Virus record (IMG/VR): IMGVR_UViG_3300045004_000209
DNA length: 64,000 bases
From: an uncultured virus (IMG/VR IMGVR_UViG_3300045004_000209)
Lineage: Duplodnaviria; Heunggongvirae; Uroviricota; Caudoviricetes
Reading direction: 5' to 3' (one strand)
The first letter of the stretch is position 1; every line of letters starts with the position of its first letter. The notes beneath the pieces are model-generated. The model was given only the letters and a program-made list of their open reading frames with translations. It was not told the DNA's origin and searched no databases. Shown piece after piece: positions 1 through 9,313 of this stretch. The translations under genes were made by a program, and so were the position numbers.

Positions 1-1
1 T

Positions 2-3000
2 TATATAGCAAGGCGTTATTCGGGCAACATGTGTGATTTTAATTTTACCATATCCGGGGTTACATTAAGGATACAGGGAGTTGATGATAGCAACTTTACG
101 CCTGTAGATGGTTTTTCTGAAGTGTCCTTCGATTTGACTGACAAGAACATAACAGATGTCATTGCGTTTATTAACTATGCCAACATTAGGATGAAATCTA
201 AAGTTACGGGTATTACTTACAGCATGTTTCAACTTATAGAAGCAAGACCTGCTTTTTCTTTTTGGTTTAATCCTGCTTTAACTCGTGACGGGATAAATAT
301 ATCTTCGCCATCTCTTCCTGCACAAAAGTTGGCAGCAACGAGTAATGCAAGATTGGCGGATACATCACCTATTCTTTTTAGAATGGGGGAATTTAATTCG
401 GACATCACCGACGATGGAACTGGAGGCTTTTTTGCTTCTGGCGGCATAATTTTACAGGTTAAAGATTCTTCAGCTTCACCAACAACTTACACATATACGA
501 CAGGTCAGCAAATCGCACAGGTTTCTCAAAAAACAAAACTGAGGACATATTTGCTCCCCTCAGGACTGACAAAACCAAAAACAAAATATAGTATATCGAT
601 TGTTGCGGTTGATGAGTATAACAATAAATCCATCGCATCTTCTTTTGATCTTTTTAGCCCCTTCATTGATGACATGCCTGCTCCTGGGGAGTTGGATGGA
701 GTTTTCTCTGCAGTTGTACAAGATGGCATCATGGTTACGTGGAATGGAAAATCACGACTTCCCGCAAGGAAGTTTTTAGTATACAGAAGTCAAGTTGACT
801 CATCTGGCTCTCTTGGTCCATATGGGCTGATTGCGGAGATTGATCCAAGTTCTTATGAATATCTAGATCTCATGGTTCTGGACGGGAATTCCTACTCCTA
901 CCGCATAGGATATGAAAATTTTTGGGGCGCTAGGAGCATGCGTCCAGAAACATACGAATTAGAGGGTAAAATCGGAGTTCTTACCACTTTTGTGAGCAGG
1001 TCAGAAAATCCAGGACCTACTGGTCTTTCTTCACAATTTATAAATGACGACTATGTATTGTCTTGGAATGAATACACAATACCTGTAGATGGATTTGAGT
1101 TGTATGTTTCTGATCCTTCTACAGGTAGATTCTCTAGAGTTGGTTCTTCAGATAGTAAATCAAAAACATACACCTTAAGAAATTTTAAACTAGCCAACGG
1201 AGAATACAGGTTTGCTATCAGGTCTATTGTGTCTGAATGCTCAGTGGTCACGGCTCAAATCACCAACCCTCCAGATAGTAGCATGCTATTGTTCTCAAGA
1301 TCTCAAAATGGATCATTAAAAGACGAGCGTAGATTGCTTTCTAACATGATTGATCCTGTTGTTGAGAATGCTGAAGAATTGATTGCCGAGCACAGACATT
1401 TCAGATTGGATGATAACAACGATTTCAGAATAGATTTGAGTGATCTATATTTGATAGATAAATATGTTTCTGAAGACAGGTTGACATACATCCCTTCATC
1501 GCCTATTGAGGTTGGAATTGACCCATCTCATGGTGTTGTATTTGTAAACAATTCAGTAACTTCTGTTGGTTATCAAATATTCGGTGATGGATCCATAAAT
1601 TTTGTGGAAGAGCTTCCAGATGATTCTGTAGTTAAATCTGTAGTTTTTGGAACTTCTGAAGTCGAAGGAGTTTTGGACGGGGAGCAGATTGGCATACTTT
1701 CTGCAGGTCAATTAACATCTGGGACTGTCAGTAGGGGTGTTATCCCATCCGTAAATCATGACGAGACATTCATGGACATGCTGCCTATGACATGCATCAT
1801 GCAATCAGCAGACAATTTTAGATGGTTTGCTACTGTAAACGAAAGAAACAAGATTAGATTATATTCTGAATCTGACTCCCAATATTCAGAAGTCGCTATT
1901 GAGTTGGCTGGTGCAGAGGTTGATACCCATCTTGGTTCTGTCCCTAGTTCATTCCCCATATCTAGAGGCAGTGCTCGTGCATTTATACATGACATGGAGT
2001 TCTTTGGAAATATTGGCTTTGTTGCATCAAGTGTTGGCAGTTGGATGTATAAAAACACTTCTGACATTGGAACGATTGTTGAAATATCCTCATCTTTGCC
2101 TCCTGATGATGCGGGTTGTCCATTCAGGATAAGAATATTTGGCGACATTGTGTTCATAATTGCCTTTAGGGGTATAGACATGGCTAGAATTCAAGCAGAT
2201 GGCAATTTGACTCCTTTGGCTACGGGATTAGGGATGCAGAGGGGAGTTAAGTGCTTCCGAGATGTCATTAGAATTGATGATTTAAACTTCATAGCAGTCG
2301 CTGCAAATGCCATATGGAAGATATCTATACAGCTAAATTCTCAGATATATTTTCGGCAACTACCCTCCATATCTTCAGAGGCAACTTTGATATGGTCTTG
2401 TTTCTCTTGGAATGGATTACCGTACATCTATTCGGAAGACGGTCTTTTCGTTGGAGATTCAAGTGGTTCAGAGTTTTCTCTACTAGATAATTTACCAGGA
2501 AGGCTCAAAATAATAGACACTTATATTGAACAAGATTTTGTCTTGTTAATTGCAACTAATTCAATATGGAGACTTGATAATTCTTCTGTATCAAAGATGT
2601 TTCAATCGGACATCAGGCTCGGTAGGTGTGCCGTACATGAAGACGGGCTGTTTGTCTGCTCCGACGACGGCTTGCTCAGAACTAACTCAGACACCAATTT
2701 AAGGGAATCAGATAGGTATGTCCTCCGCAAAATGTCTATGCCAAAATTTACCGATGGTCGCTTCTTCTTGCCATTGACTGTGAAGTCCCATTCTGGACGC
2801 CTGTGGGTTGGGGGTGAGGGGGGTGCTATCTCTGCAGTCAATTTCAATAGATGGGCTAATTATTGTGATCTTTATTTTGGAATTAGTATTTTTGACGTCA
2901 AAGAGTCACCAACACTTTATATTAATGGCAAGCCTAGGCACATTGGTATTTATTTTCAGTTCGTTGCGAATGGATCAAGAGTTTTTCCTAGGCTTGCTGC

Positions 3001-3892
3001 TGATCAGGAGTATGAATCTCAACTTGAAACCGGGTTGCCAGAATGCGTATTTTTAGAGGAGCCTCCTGAGGAATTTTTTGAAATAGAGGTTGCTAGAAGT
3101 TATCATGCGTGGAGGCACCCTAAAGGTCGATGGGCTCATTTAGATTATGCAGCCCCAATTGCACTAAAAGTCAACGGTAAGAAAATTAATGATGGTAGCC
3201 GAGCAAAAAGACCATATGATGATATTGCTTTCATATCTAGCTTAAACCCAACATTTGGCGAGGAGTCATCCGCCAAAAAATCATTTGATTTGGCTTTTCA
3301 AGAAATGCGGGATCATGCTAAATTCATGTTGATAAATTCAGAAAACACAGAAACTGGCGAGCCCGAATCTTATGGTGTTCACAGATTTTCTAGAAGCAAT
3401 ATGCGCATTTTGCTGAGCAAGATTGAGAGAGCCAATCGTTTTGTGTATGACAGACAGGCTTTGGCATTCTTGGGTATTGATGCTACTTATAGGCTTCCTG
3501 ATCCTATGATCAAGGTTGATTTGCTTGCTAATGCATTTGAGTCACCATATGGTGTCAGATCCTCTCTCTTGTCCTCGTTGGGTGTTGTTTCATACCCATT
3601 TTCAGAGACCATAGTTGGCAACAAGGGTGTTTACGACGCCGAAGACATCGGCTACCGTCTGCCGCCAATTTTCCCAAAAGATTCACCAGAGGGTTCTCTT
3701 GAGCCGAATTACGAGCTTTTACCCGAAGACGCTTCAGCGCTTTCCATTCCTATTGAAGATCTTGCATTCACTGGAGAATTCACCTATTTTGGAATAATCC
3801 CTAGTGTATTAAGGTTCTTCGGAAGAAGAAAGTTTAGAGGTCAAATCCTAGATGGTCCATCAACCGTATTGCCCGAAATCATGTCCCAGTAG
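2..3892 (+). CDS. Large putative virion protein with FN3-like repeats and a beta-propeller-like region (probably 5' partial)
   Basis: The frame is open from base 2 (YIARRYSGN precedes the ATG at 29). FN3-like motifs include YSISIVAVDEYNNKS, IMVTWNG..FLVYRS..YLDLMVLDGNSYSYRI and YVLSWNE..GFELYVS..YRFAIRS. It also has tail-fibre-like AGQLTSGTV and propeller-like SEDGLFV/SDDGLLR/LWVGGEGG blades. Confidence 0.7.
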   Translation, partial: YIARRYSGNMCDFNFTISGVTLRIQGVDDSNFTPVDGFSEVSFDLTDKNITDVIAFINYANIRMKSKVTGITYSMFQLIEARPAFSFWFNPALTRDGINISSPSLPAQKLAATSNARLADTSPILFRMGEFNSDITDDGTGGFFASGGIILQVKDSSASPTTYTYTTGQQIAQVSQKTKLRTYLLPSGLTKPKTKYSISIVAVDEYNNKSIASSFDLFSPFIDDMPAPGELDGVFSAVVQDGIMVTWNGKSRLPARKFLVYRSQVDSSGSLGPYGLIAEIDPSSYEYLDLMVLDGNSYSYRIGYENFWGARSMRPETYELEGKIGVLTTFVSRSENPGPTGLSSQFINDDYVLSWNEYTIPVDGFELYVSDPSTGRFSRVGSSDSKSKTYTLRNFKLANGEYRFAIRSIVSECSVVTAQITNPPDSSMLLFSRSQNGSLKDERRLLSNMIDPVVENAEELIAEHRHFRLDDNNDFRIDLSDLYLIDKYVSEDRLTYIPSSPIEVGIDPSHGVVFVNNSVTSVGYQIFGDGSINFVEELPDDSVVKSVVFGTSEVEGVLDGEQIGILSAGQLTSGTVSRGVIPSVNHDETFMDMLPMTCIMQSADNFRWFATVNERNKIRLYSESDSQYSEVAIELAGAEVDTHLGSVPSSFPISRGSARAFIHDMEFFGNIGFVASSVGSWMYKNTSDIGTIVEISSSLPPDDAGCPFRIRIFGDIVFIIAFRGIDMARIQADGNLTPLATGLGMQRGVKCFRDVIRIDDLNFIAVAANAIWKISIQLNSQIYFRQLPSISSEATLIWSCFSWNGLPYIYSEDGLFVGDSSGSEFSLLDNLPGRLKIIDTYIEQDFVLLIATNSIWRLDNSSVSKMFQSDIRLGRCAVHEDGLFVCSDDGLLRTNSDTNLRESDRYVLRKMSMPKFTDGRFFLPLTVKSHSGRLWVGGEGGAISAVNFNRWANYCDLYFGISIFDVKESPTLYINGKPRHIGIYFQFVANGSRVFPRLAADQEYESQLETGLPECVFLEEPPEEFFEIEVARSYHAWRHPKGRWAHLDYAAPIALKVNGKKINDGSRAKRPYDDIAFISSLNPTFGEESSAKKSFDLAFQEMRDHAKFMLINSENTETGEPESYGVHRFSRSNMRILLSKIERANRFVYDRQALAFLGIDATYRLPDPMIKVDLLANAFESPYGVRSSLLSSLGVVSYPFSETIVGNKGVYDAEDIGYRLPPIFPKDSPEGSLEPNYELLPEDASALSIPIEDLAFTGEFTYFGIIPSVLRFFGRRKFRGQILDGPSTVLPEIMSQ

Positions 3893-3921
3893 GTTTAGTA
3901 GTTCTATAATGTAGTGGCGGT

Positions 3922-3948
3922 AGGTAGTAGGGTGATTCTGCAGAAATA
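3922..3948 (+). promoter_or_regulatory. Putative phage promoter, AGG-N15-GCAGAAATA
   Basis: Lies in one of only two sizeable intergenic gaps in the structural block. The same bipartite motif and spacing occur at 25650 and 51271. Confidence 0.45.
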
Positions 3949-3970
3949 ACATTTTGTCAGGAATTTTTAA

Positions 3971-4789
3971 ATGCCACACAACGACACCAGATATGAATCG
4001 GATTCTGATTTTCAGAGACTTCTTAATGTTGCCAGGTCTAGAAACCTACTTGAGATGTCTCTCAATAGGCAGAGACCAATATGTTTTAGATCAGATGTGG
4101 ATACTTCTCTTTTTAATTTTTGCAACGAGTCTTTTTATATTAATCCAAATCTAGAATACGACTACACGCAGTATGCACCTGAAGATTCTAATCTAGCGCT
4201 ACAGCCATCGGAGTCGAAGATAGCAAAATTGTTTAATGCTACAGTTCCCATTTTGATATACTTAGGCACAGCAGCAAGCAAGCGTACTGCGGGCTATAGT
4301 GCTGTGGCCTCAGAAGATTACGGAGAAATTAGTCCTTCTCAACACATTAAATCAATTACCTCTGCAGCAACTAGGGAGTCATCATTCACTCAAAACTCTT
4401 ACTTTTCTTTTTGGTTTTCTCTTCATCCTAGGGTCAGGCAGCAAATACTAGATGTCGTATCTTCGTTGTCTAATACATTGGGTGTTGATCCAATATGCTC
4501 GAGAAAATCTAATGTCTCCTCGTGCAGAAGCAATAAGGCAAAAGTTCTTTTGAGGGTCGTGGCGGCCCTTCGTACCAACGACCAATCTTCGGCAATACCG
4601 CAGCTGCTACAGTCTATAAGGCCAGACACAAACACGGCAAAACCCATCGGCATGATCAAGTCTGACTTGGGTCTTGGAAATGTTTACAAATGTCTTCAGC
4701 GTGCTAGAACGAGAAAGAAACTTCAGCAGGATGGTGGAGGTTCTTGCGGTGGTGAAGACTGTGACCCATGTGTAGATAGAAACTTATAA
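3971..4789 (+). CDS. Hypothetical protein with Cys-rich C-terminus
   Basis: 272-aa ORF in operon orientation ending GGSCGGEDCDPC. No family recognised. Confidence 0.75.
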   Translation: MPHNDTRYESDSDFQRLLNVARSRNLLEMSLNRQRPICFRSDVDTSLFNFCNESFYINPNLEYDYTQYAPEDSNLALQPSESKIAKLFNATVPILIYLGTAASKRTAGYSAVASEDYGEISPSQHIKSITSAATRESSFTQNSYFSFWFSLHPRVRQQILDVVSSLSNTLGVDPICSRKSNVSSCRSNKAKVLLRVVAALRTNDQSSAIPQLLQSIRPDTNTAKPIGMIKSDLGLGNVYKCLQRARTRKKLQQDGGGSCGGEDCDPCVDRNL

Positions 4790-4791
4790 AT

Positions 4792-6294
4792 ATGGCAGAC
4801 CTTAAGTTTCAATTTGATCCTGGACAACATTACTCTTGGAGTCAAAGAGACAAGGTTTCATTTGTAGGTTCTTCTCGCCTACTCCTATCTGCTGTAAGAC
4901 CTTCTTGGCTCACCGATATGCGTTTGTATATTTCAGAAAAGAACATTCCAAATAAAATTGTTTTGCCCACAGATATAAACATCACCTTATTTTTTGATAG
5001 GGATGTTGATGTAGAATGGAATTGTTCTAATAGTACAGGAAATTGCTCATCAAATTCGTGTATTTTGGGTATTTTTAAATCGTCTTGTACTGGTTTTATT
5101 CATGCTTATGGGGTTGATATACAGCTATCAGTTCTCCCGATGGCTGACTTAAGTGGCGGTTCTGCATATTATATTAACCCATCTGCTCCATTTACTTTTG
5201 AAGATGGTCATGTTTCATCCACAAAAGAATTGCTTATTTCTTTTGAACCCAAAATGACTAATCATCATTTTTACGACAGCGGAAGCAGCAGTGCGATTGG
5301 CATTAATGGAGTTCAGAACAGTGTAATGTATTTGAAACCTCTTGAGTCCTACAATTTACGTTCAGATGGAGTTTTAGACATTTCTCAATTTGCCATCTGC
5401 TCAGATCACCGCATGCAGGCTAATTCAGTAATTTTAAGAACAAGCAGGGAATCTATAGATGTTCCTTATTGGATATCTAGAAGCAGTGAAAAACTTTGGT
5501 ACGGAATGGTCAACAATCCTCAAAGCGGCGGTCGTGTTTATATCTCTTCACAAATGCCCTTGGGGACGCCTTGGTCTGCATGTGTCGGCAATTCCACAAG
5601 TTCTATCAACAGTATCAGTAATTTGCCAGTCGGAAATTTCTGTATGATAAATTTTGCAGCCATGCATGCGCCATGTTGTGCATCATGTTCTGTTCTTAGT
5701 AATTCAATAAACACGTTTCGGACTTCCTCATGTTTGTGGTCTGGAGGCGCAAGACTTACTGATGGCGTGTGGAAAAAAAATACATATTCTGATGATTTTT
5801 TTTATTTGAGTGAAAAATTGAGAGGCAGCGAATCTTTAGATTCTTATATAGCTTTTGTAGAGCCTGGAATACTGAGCAGAGAATTTAAGTTCTCATCAAG
5901 TTCTTTCATGTATTTATCTCGCTGGCTTGAGAGATTTTCTAGGAACGGCAATCACGCATTCGCTTGTGCTTTCCCGTATGGACTTAGAGAAGATGACATT
6001 CCATCCATAGACTCATATATGAAGTCTGCTATGGCAAATACAACTCCTCCAATTAAGTGGGCTTGCTATGTAAACTCAAAAACGACTGATGCTTGCCTGT
6101 CTGTTTTGCGTGACTATGTCTCCAATTCGCACAGAGATATATACATAATTGCTATAGAAGATAAAACCGTATCGAGGGCGCAGTCATATGGGATTAGCAT
6201 GATAGTTCCATATTCAGTTAGTGCTCTCGTGCATCCTATGTCGGGAAGGCATGTCGTTGTTTTGGATGTGATGCCATTAGAGGACTTGCAATAA
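4792..6294 (+). CDS. Hypothetical protein
   Basis: 500-aa ORF starting 2 nt after the previous stop and ending 1 nt before the next start. Confidence 0.8.
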   Translation: MADLKFQFDPGQHYSWSQRDKVSFVGSSRLLLSAVRPSWLTDMRLYISEKNIPNKIVLPTDINITLFFDRDVDVEWNCSNSTGNCSSNSCILGIFKSSCTGFIHAYGVDIQLSVLPMADLSGGSAYYINPSAPFTFEDGHVSSTKELLISFEPKMTNHHFYDSGSSSAIGINGVQNSVMYLKPLESYNLRSDGVLDISQFAICSDHRMQANSVILRTSRESIDVPYWISRSSEKLWYGMVNNPQSGGRVYISSQMPLGTPWSACVGNSTSSINSISNLPVGNFCMINFAAMHAPCCASCSVLSNSINTFRTSSCLWSGGARLTDGVWKKNTYSDDFFYLSEKLRGSESLDSYIAFVEPGILSREFKFSSSSFMYLSRWLERFSRNGNHAFACAFPYGLREDDIPSIDSYMKSAMANTTPPIKWACYVNSKTTDACLSVLRDYVSNSHRDIYIIAIEDKTVSRAQSYGISMIVPYSVSALVHPMSGRHVVVLDVMPLEDLQ

Positions 6295-6295
6295 A

Positions 6296-9200
6296 ATGTA
6301 TTACACTGGCACCAACCTCATAGTCAGTCTCAAAGTTGCTGATGCAATAAAATTTTCTAGAACAGATGTTTGTGAGATTTTTACATTTAGAGAGGGTGGT
6401 GCCGGTAGGCGTGTTGGATCTTTGGCAATGGTCTCTTCAGTTTTGGGCGACACTGTTTATTTGACATTCGGTTCTTTACCAATAGATATAAATGACCACA
6501 TAGAACAAGGAGATGTTCTACGACTCTTGTTAAATCCAGATGTTTATTCAGAAATTATTGGAGATTTCATAAATTTTAACGACGGCTCTCCGCGTTTCGG
6601 CAAATCTATAGATGAGCCAAACTATGATACAGAAAGACATGATTTGCTTAATTATGAGTCTGATGGATTCACCCCATCGCAAATTAATTTGGCGTGTATG
6701 TCTGGATCTAATTTCAGTCCGCTGTCTATGGACTACACTGGTTTGGTGTATGCGAGAAGGACAGAAACACCTAGGGGTCACAGAAATGGTATGGGGTCAA
6801 GGATCGCCGTACTAATTACTAGACAGCATCTGCTCATGTGCGAGCATTACCCTCCGACCACAAGCACCATGTATGCATGCACTGACAGCACGAGATTTAC
6901 TATCATCAAGAGAACTAACACAGAGCAGGGATCTACTGATTGTTGCAGATACACTACTCTTGGCAACGGCGTCATGGTATTGAATAGATATCCTGAATGG
7001 TACGAGAACAATAATGGAAATACTGTAAGTCAAAGATATCCAGATATTCCGGCAATTACTTGGAATCAATTTCACGATGCAGTTGTTCAGGTATTTAAAA
7101 ATCCAGTTCCTAATGAAATAAATCCAATACGGCTTGGCTTCACTCAATATCCAAACATTCATTTCCCTACCAATAGCGCTCTAGCTTTTGTAAATAATTC
7201 TTGGTTTACTGTTTCAGCTATGAGATTAACCAGTTCTGGTCAGATCACTCAGGCTAATTCTGTAAATTCCCCTTGGGCAGCCATGCCGTCGGGGGTTCAA
7301 CTTACAGACATGCAACACTGCGTGGCAGCTGGCGATTCTGGAAGTCTTTTTCTTCATAAACACAGCGAGGGCACGATTTTTATGGGTGCGGCTTTGTGGG
7401 GCGGAACCACTTACGGATTAACTATAAATTCTAATGGATTTTTTTCTTGCACGCCGCCTGCGTTTGACGGTAATTCCATATGTAGTTTTGATGACAGAGC
7501 AATAACTTCTACCATAAGTACTGGTGTTTCTCTCTTGACCCCTAACATGAAAAGAGTTCTAGAGATAATATTAAGTGATTTATCTTGGCAAATCACTAAT
7601 ACACAAAACAGTAATCCTGACAAAAACATATCAGATACAGATATTATTCACACGAGCGCTTTTTTTGTAGATTTAGATTCATCCTACTCTTCGTCTTCTT
7701 CATCTTCTTCAAGTTCTAGTTCTTCTATTTCTAGTTCTTCTAGTTCTAGCTCAATTTATGGAGTTAATTGCAACCCGCCTTTTGATATCTCTCAGTGTCC
7801 CGACTATTTTGACAGAGAAGCATATCTAGCTTCAAATAGCCAATCCACAATAGATTCAGAATTTGGAATATTGACTGAAACATCTATTTTTGGAGGTGGG
7901 CACGGAGATTCTTTGCCCATAGATTTTGAGCAAGCTGGGGCAGTTGTGGTTGGGCAGGCGTTGCCGACCTTGGGTCAAATGCGTTTCATAGATGGCTCTA
8001 GAGTTGGCAAGGGAGATAAGGTTGAGGGCGTAGTTTTGGCAAAGAGATGGAATGATTCTGGAGAGGTTACTCACAGGGTTATAGAAGATAGTCTTGAAGG
8101 CAGTAATTCAGGACTTACATTAAAGATGGCAGAAGCTATGCGAATAAACATGCTTCATAATGCAGCATCAATTAAAATAGAAACAGGCGTTGATCCCACG
8201 AGGGGCACAGAAAAAACATCACTGCATGATGCAGCAGATATGTCTTGGATGGACGCTAAAATATCTACTGTTGGTCATACAGCCGTGAGGTGGTCGTATG
8301 GCCTTTCTAAATCGCCTTCTTTTGTTCTTTCTGCAGTATATTTGATAAACCACAATTTGATCGCATTTTCTACCGATGTTGGAGTTTTGTTCGTTGATGC
8401 ATCTTCTGGTCATATGACATCCGCTCCACCAGGCTGGCTTGATCACGGATTCGCTTTCAAGTTGGCTATTTACGGCAACCTAATTGTTGCCTATAGCCCA
8501 AGCAAAATACTTGAATATGATCAATTTGAGATGTCTAGTCGAGTTGTGCCCCTCGAAGGTGTTGTCGGATTGATTGTCGCCGGCGGAAAAAACGGACAAA
8601 CATACATTGTGGCAACATCAAATATCATATACTCCAAAACAAATGTTTCAATTTCATTTGTTCGTCGTGGAGGTTTAGATTTTAATGAAGACAATCAGCT
8701 CGAAAAAATAAACCATATATTCGATGGCACGCCTACTGTGATTTCTTCAGGATCAAATTTTGCCTGGTCTCTAGACGGTTTAAGATTTGCAAAATCACGA
8801 GATTCACTTCTTACTACACCTTATGTTCTTGTAAAATTCAGAGGCCATCGTACATATCAAGGCCTCCACTCCGAGGAAGAGTTTTTGGTTTATGGAGGAA
8901 AAAGTGGTGTGGTTTATGATAAAATGTTGGCTGTTGGTGCCTCTAGTAACTCTAATAATCCACCAAGACTTTTAGAAATACCCGAATCTCCTGATGGAGT
9001 TTCTATGTCTGGAGTTGCTTGCAATTCTATATTGGTGTTCAGGTCAATTTCTCAAAACGGTTCTTTGCGAGATGATTACATGATTTGCGGATTCGCAAAT
9101 GGTTATACATGCGTTGTAAAGTATACTTTTGACAATAATATAGAATTTTCGCAAACAAGTTTTGAGGCAGAAACGCCTCAGGCGACTGGAATAGATTGCG

Positions 9201-9313
9201 TGCATCATTTGATAGAAGTTGGTGGTAGGATCGCTGTTGTTGGATTCAACATGTGGAAGTATATAGATGAAAACAGATTAAACAGGATTGTTTCTGGAGT
9301 TCCATTATCATGA
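6296..9313 (+). CDS. Putative virion protein: trypsin-like serine protease domain, poly-Ser linker and C-terminal propeller-like region
   Basis: IAVLITRQHLLMCEHY (His motif), HDAVV (Asp) and AAGDSGS (Ser motif) occur in chymotrypsin order. A Ser tract lies at 7679-7753. Confidence 0.65.
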   Translation: MYYTGTNLIVSLKVADAIKFSRTDVCEIFTFREGGAGRRVGSLAMVSSVLGDTVYLTFGSLPIDINDHIEQGDVLRLLLNPDVYSEIIGDFINFNDGSPRFGKSIDEPNYDTERHDLLNYESDGFTPSQINLACMSGSNFSPLSMDYTGLVYARRTETPRGHRNGMGSRIAVLITRQHLLMCEHYPPTTSTMYACTDSTRFTIIKRTNTEQGSTDCCRYTTLGNGVMVLNRYPEWYENNNGNTVSQRYPDIPAITWNQFHDAVVQVFKNPVPNEINPIRLGFTQYPNIHFPTNSALAFVNNSWFTVSAMRLTSSGQITQANSVNSPWAAMPSGVQLTDMQHCVAAGDSGSLFLHKHSEGTIFMGAALWGGTTYGLTINSNGFFSCTPPAFDGNSICSFDDRAITSTISTGVSLLTPNMKRVLEIILSDLSWQITNTQNSNPDKNISDTDIIHTSAFFVDLDSSYSSSSSSSSSSSSSISSSSSSSSIYGVNCNPPFDISQCPDYFDREAYLASNSQSTIDSEFGILTETSIFGGGHGDSLPIDFEQAGAVVVGQALPTLGQMRFIDGSRVGKGDKVEGVVLAKRWNDSGEVTHRVIEDSLEGSNSGLTLKMAEAMRINMLHNAASIKIETGVDPTRGTEKTSLHDAADMSWMDAKISTVGHTAVRWSYGLSKSPSFVLSAVYLINHNLIAFSTDVGVLFVDASSGHMTSAPPGWLDHGFAFKLAIYGNLIVAYSPSKILEYDQFEMSSRVVPLEGVVGLIVAGGKNGQTYIVATSNIIYSKTNVSISFVRRGGLDFNEDNQLEKINHIFDGTPTVISSGSNFAWSLDGLRFAKSRDSLLTTPYVLVKFRGHRTYQGLHSEEEFLVYGGKSGVVYDKMLAVGASSNSNNPPRLLEIPESPDGVSMSGVACNSILVFRSISQNGSLRDDYMICGFANGYTCVVKYTFDNNIEFSQTSFEAETPQATGIDCVHHLIEVGGRIAVVGFNMWKYIDENRLNRIVSGVPLS
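7679..7753 (+). repeat. Poly-serine coding tract
   Basis: Run of about 25 codons, almost all Ser, using mixed TCN/AGY codons. Confidence 0.9.

Noticed and set aside
1300..1325. SQNGSLKD here versus SQNGSLRD at about 9050
   Set aside because: A short isolated match with no flanking similarity and no adenine-specific TR/VR pattern or reverse transcriptase, so not a DGR.
3905..3910. Perfect TATAAT -10 box
   Set aside because: No convincing -35 element or extended TG at the right position; may be chance in AT-rich DNA.
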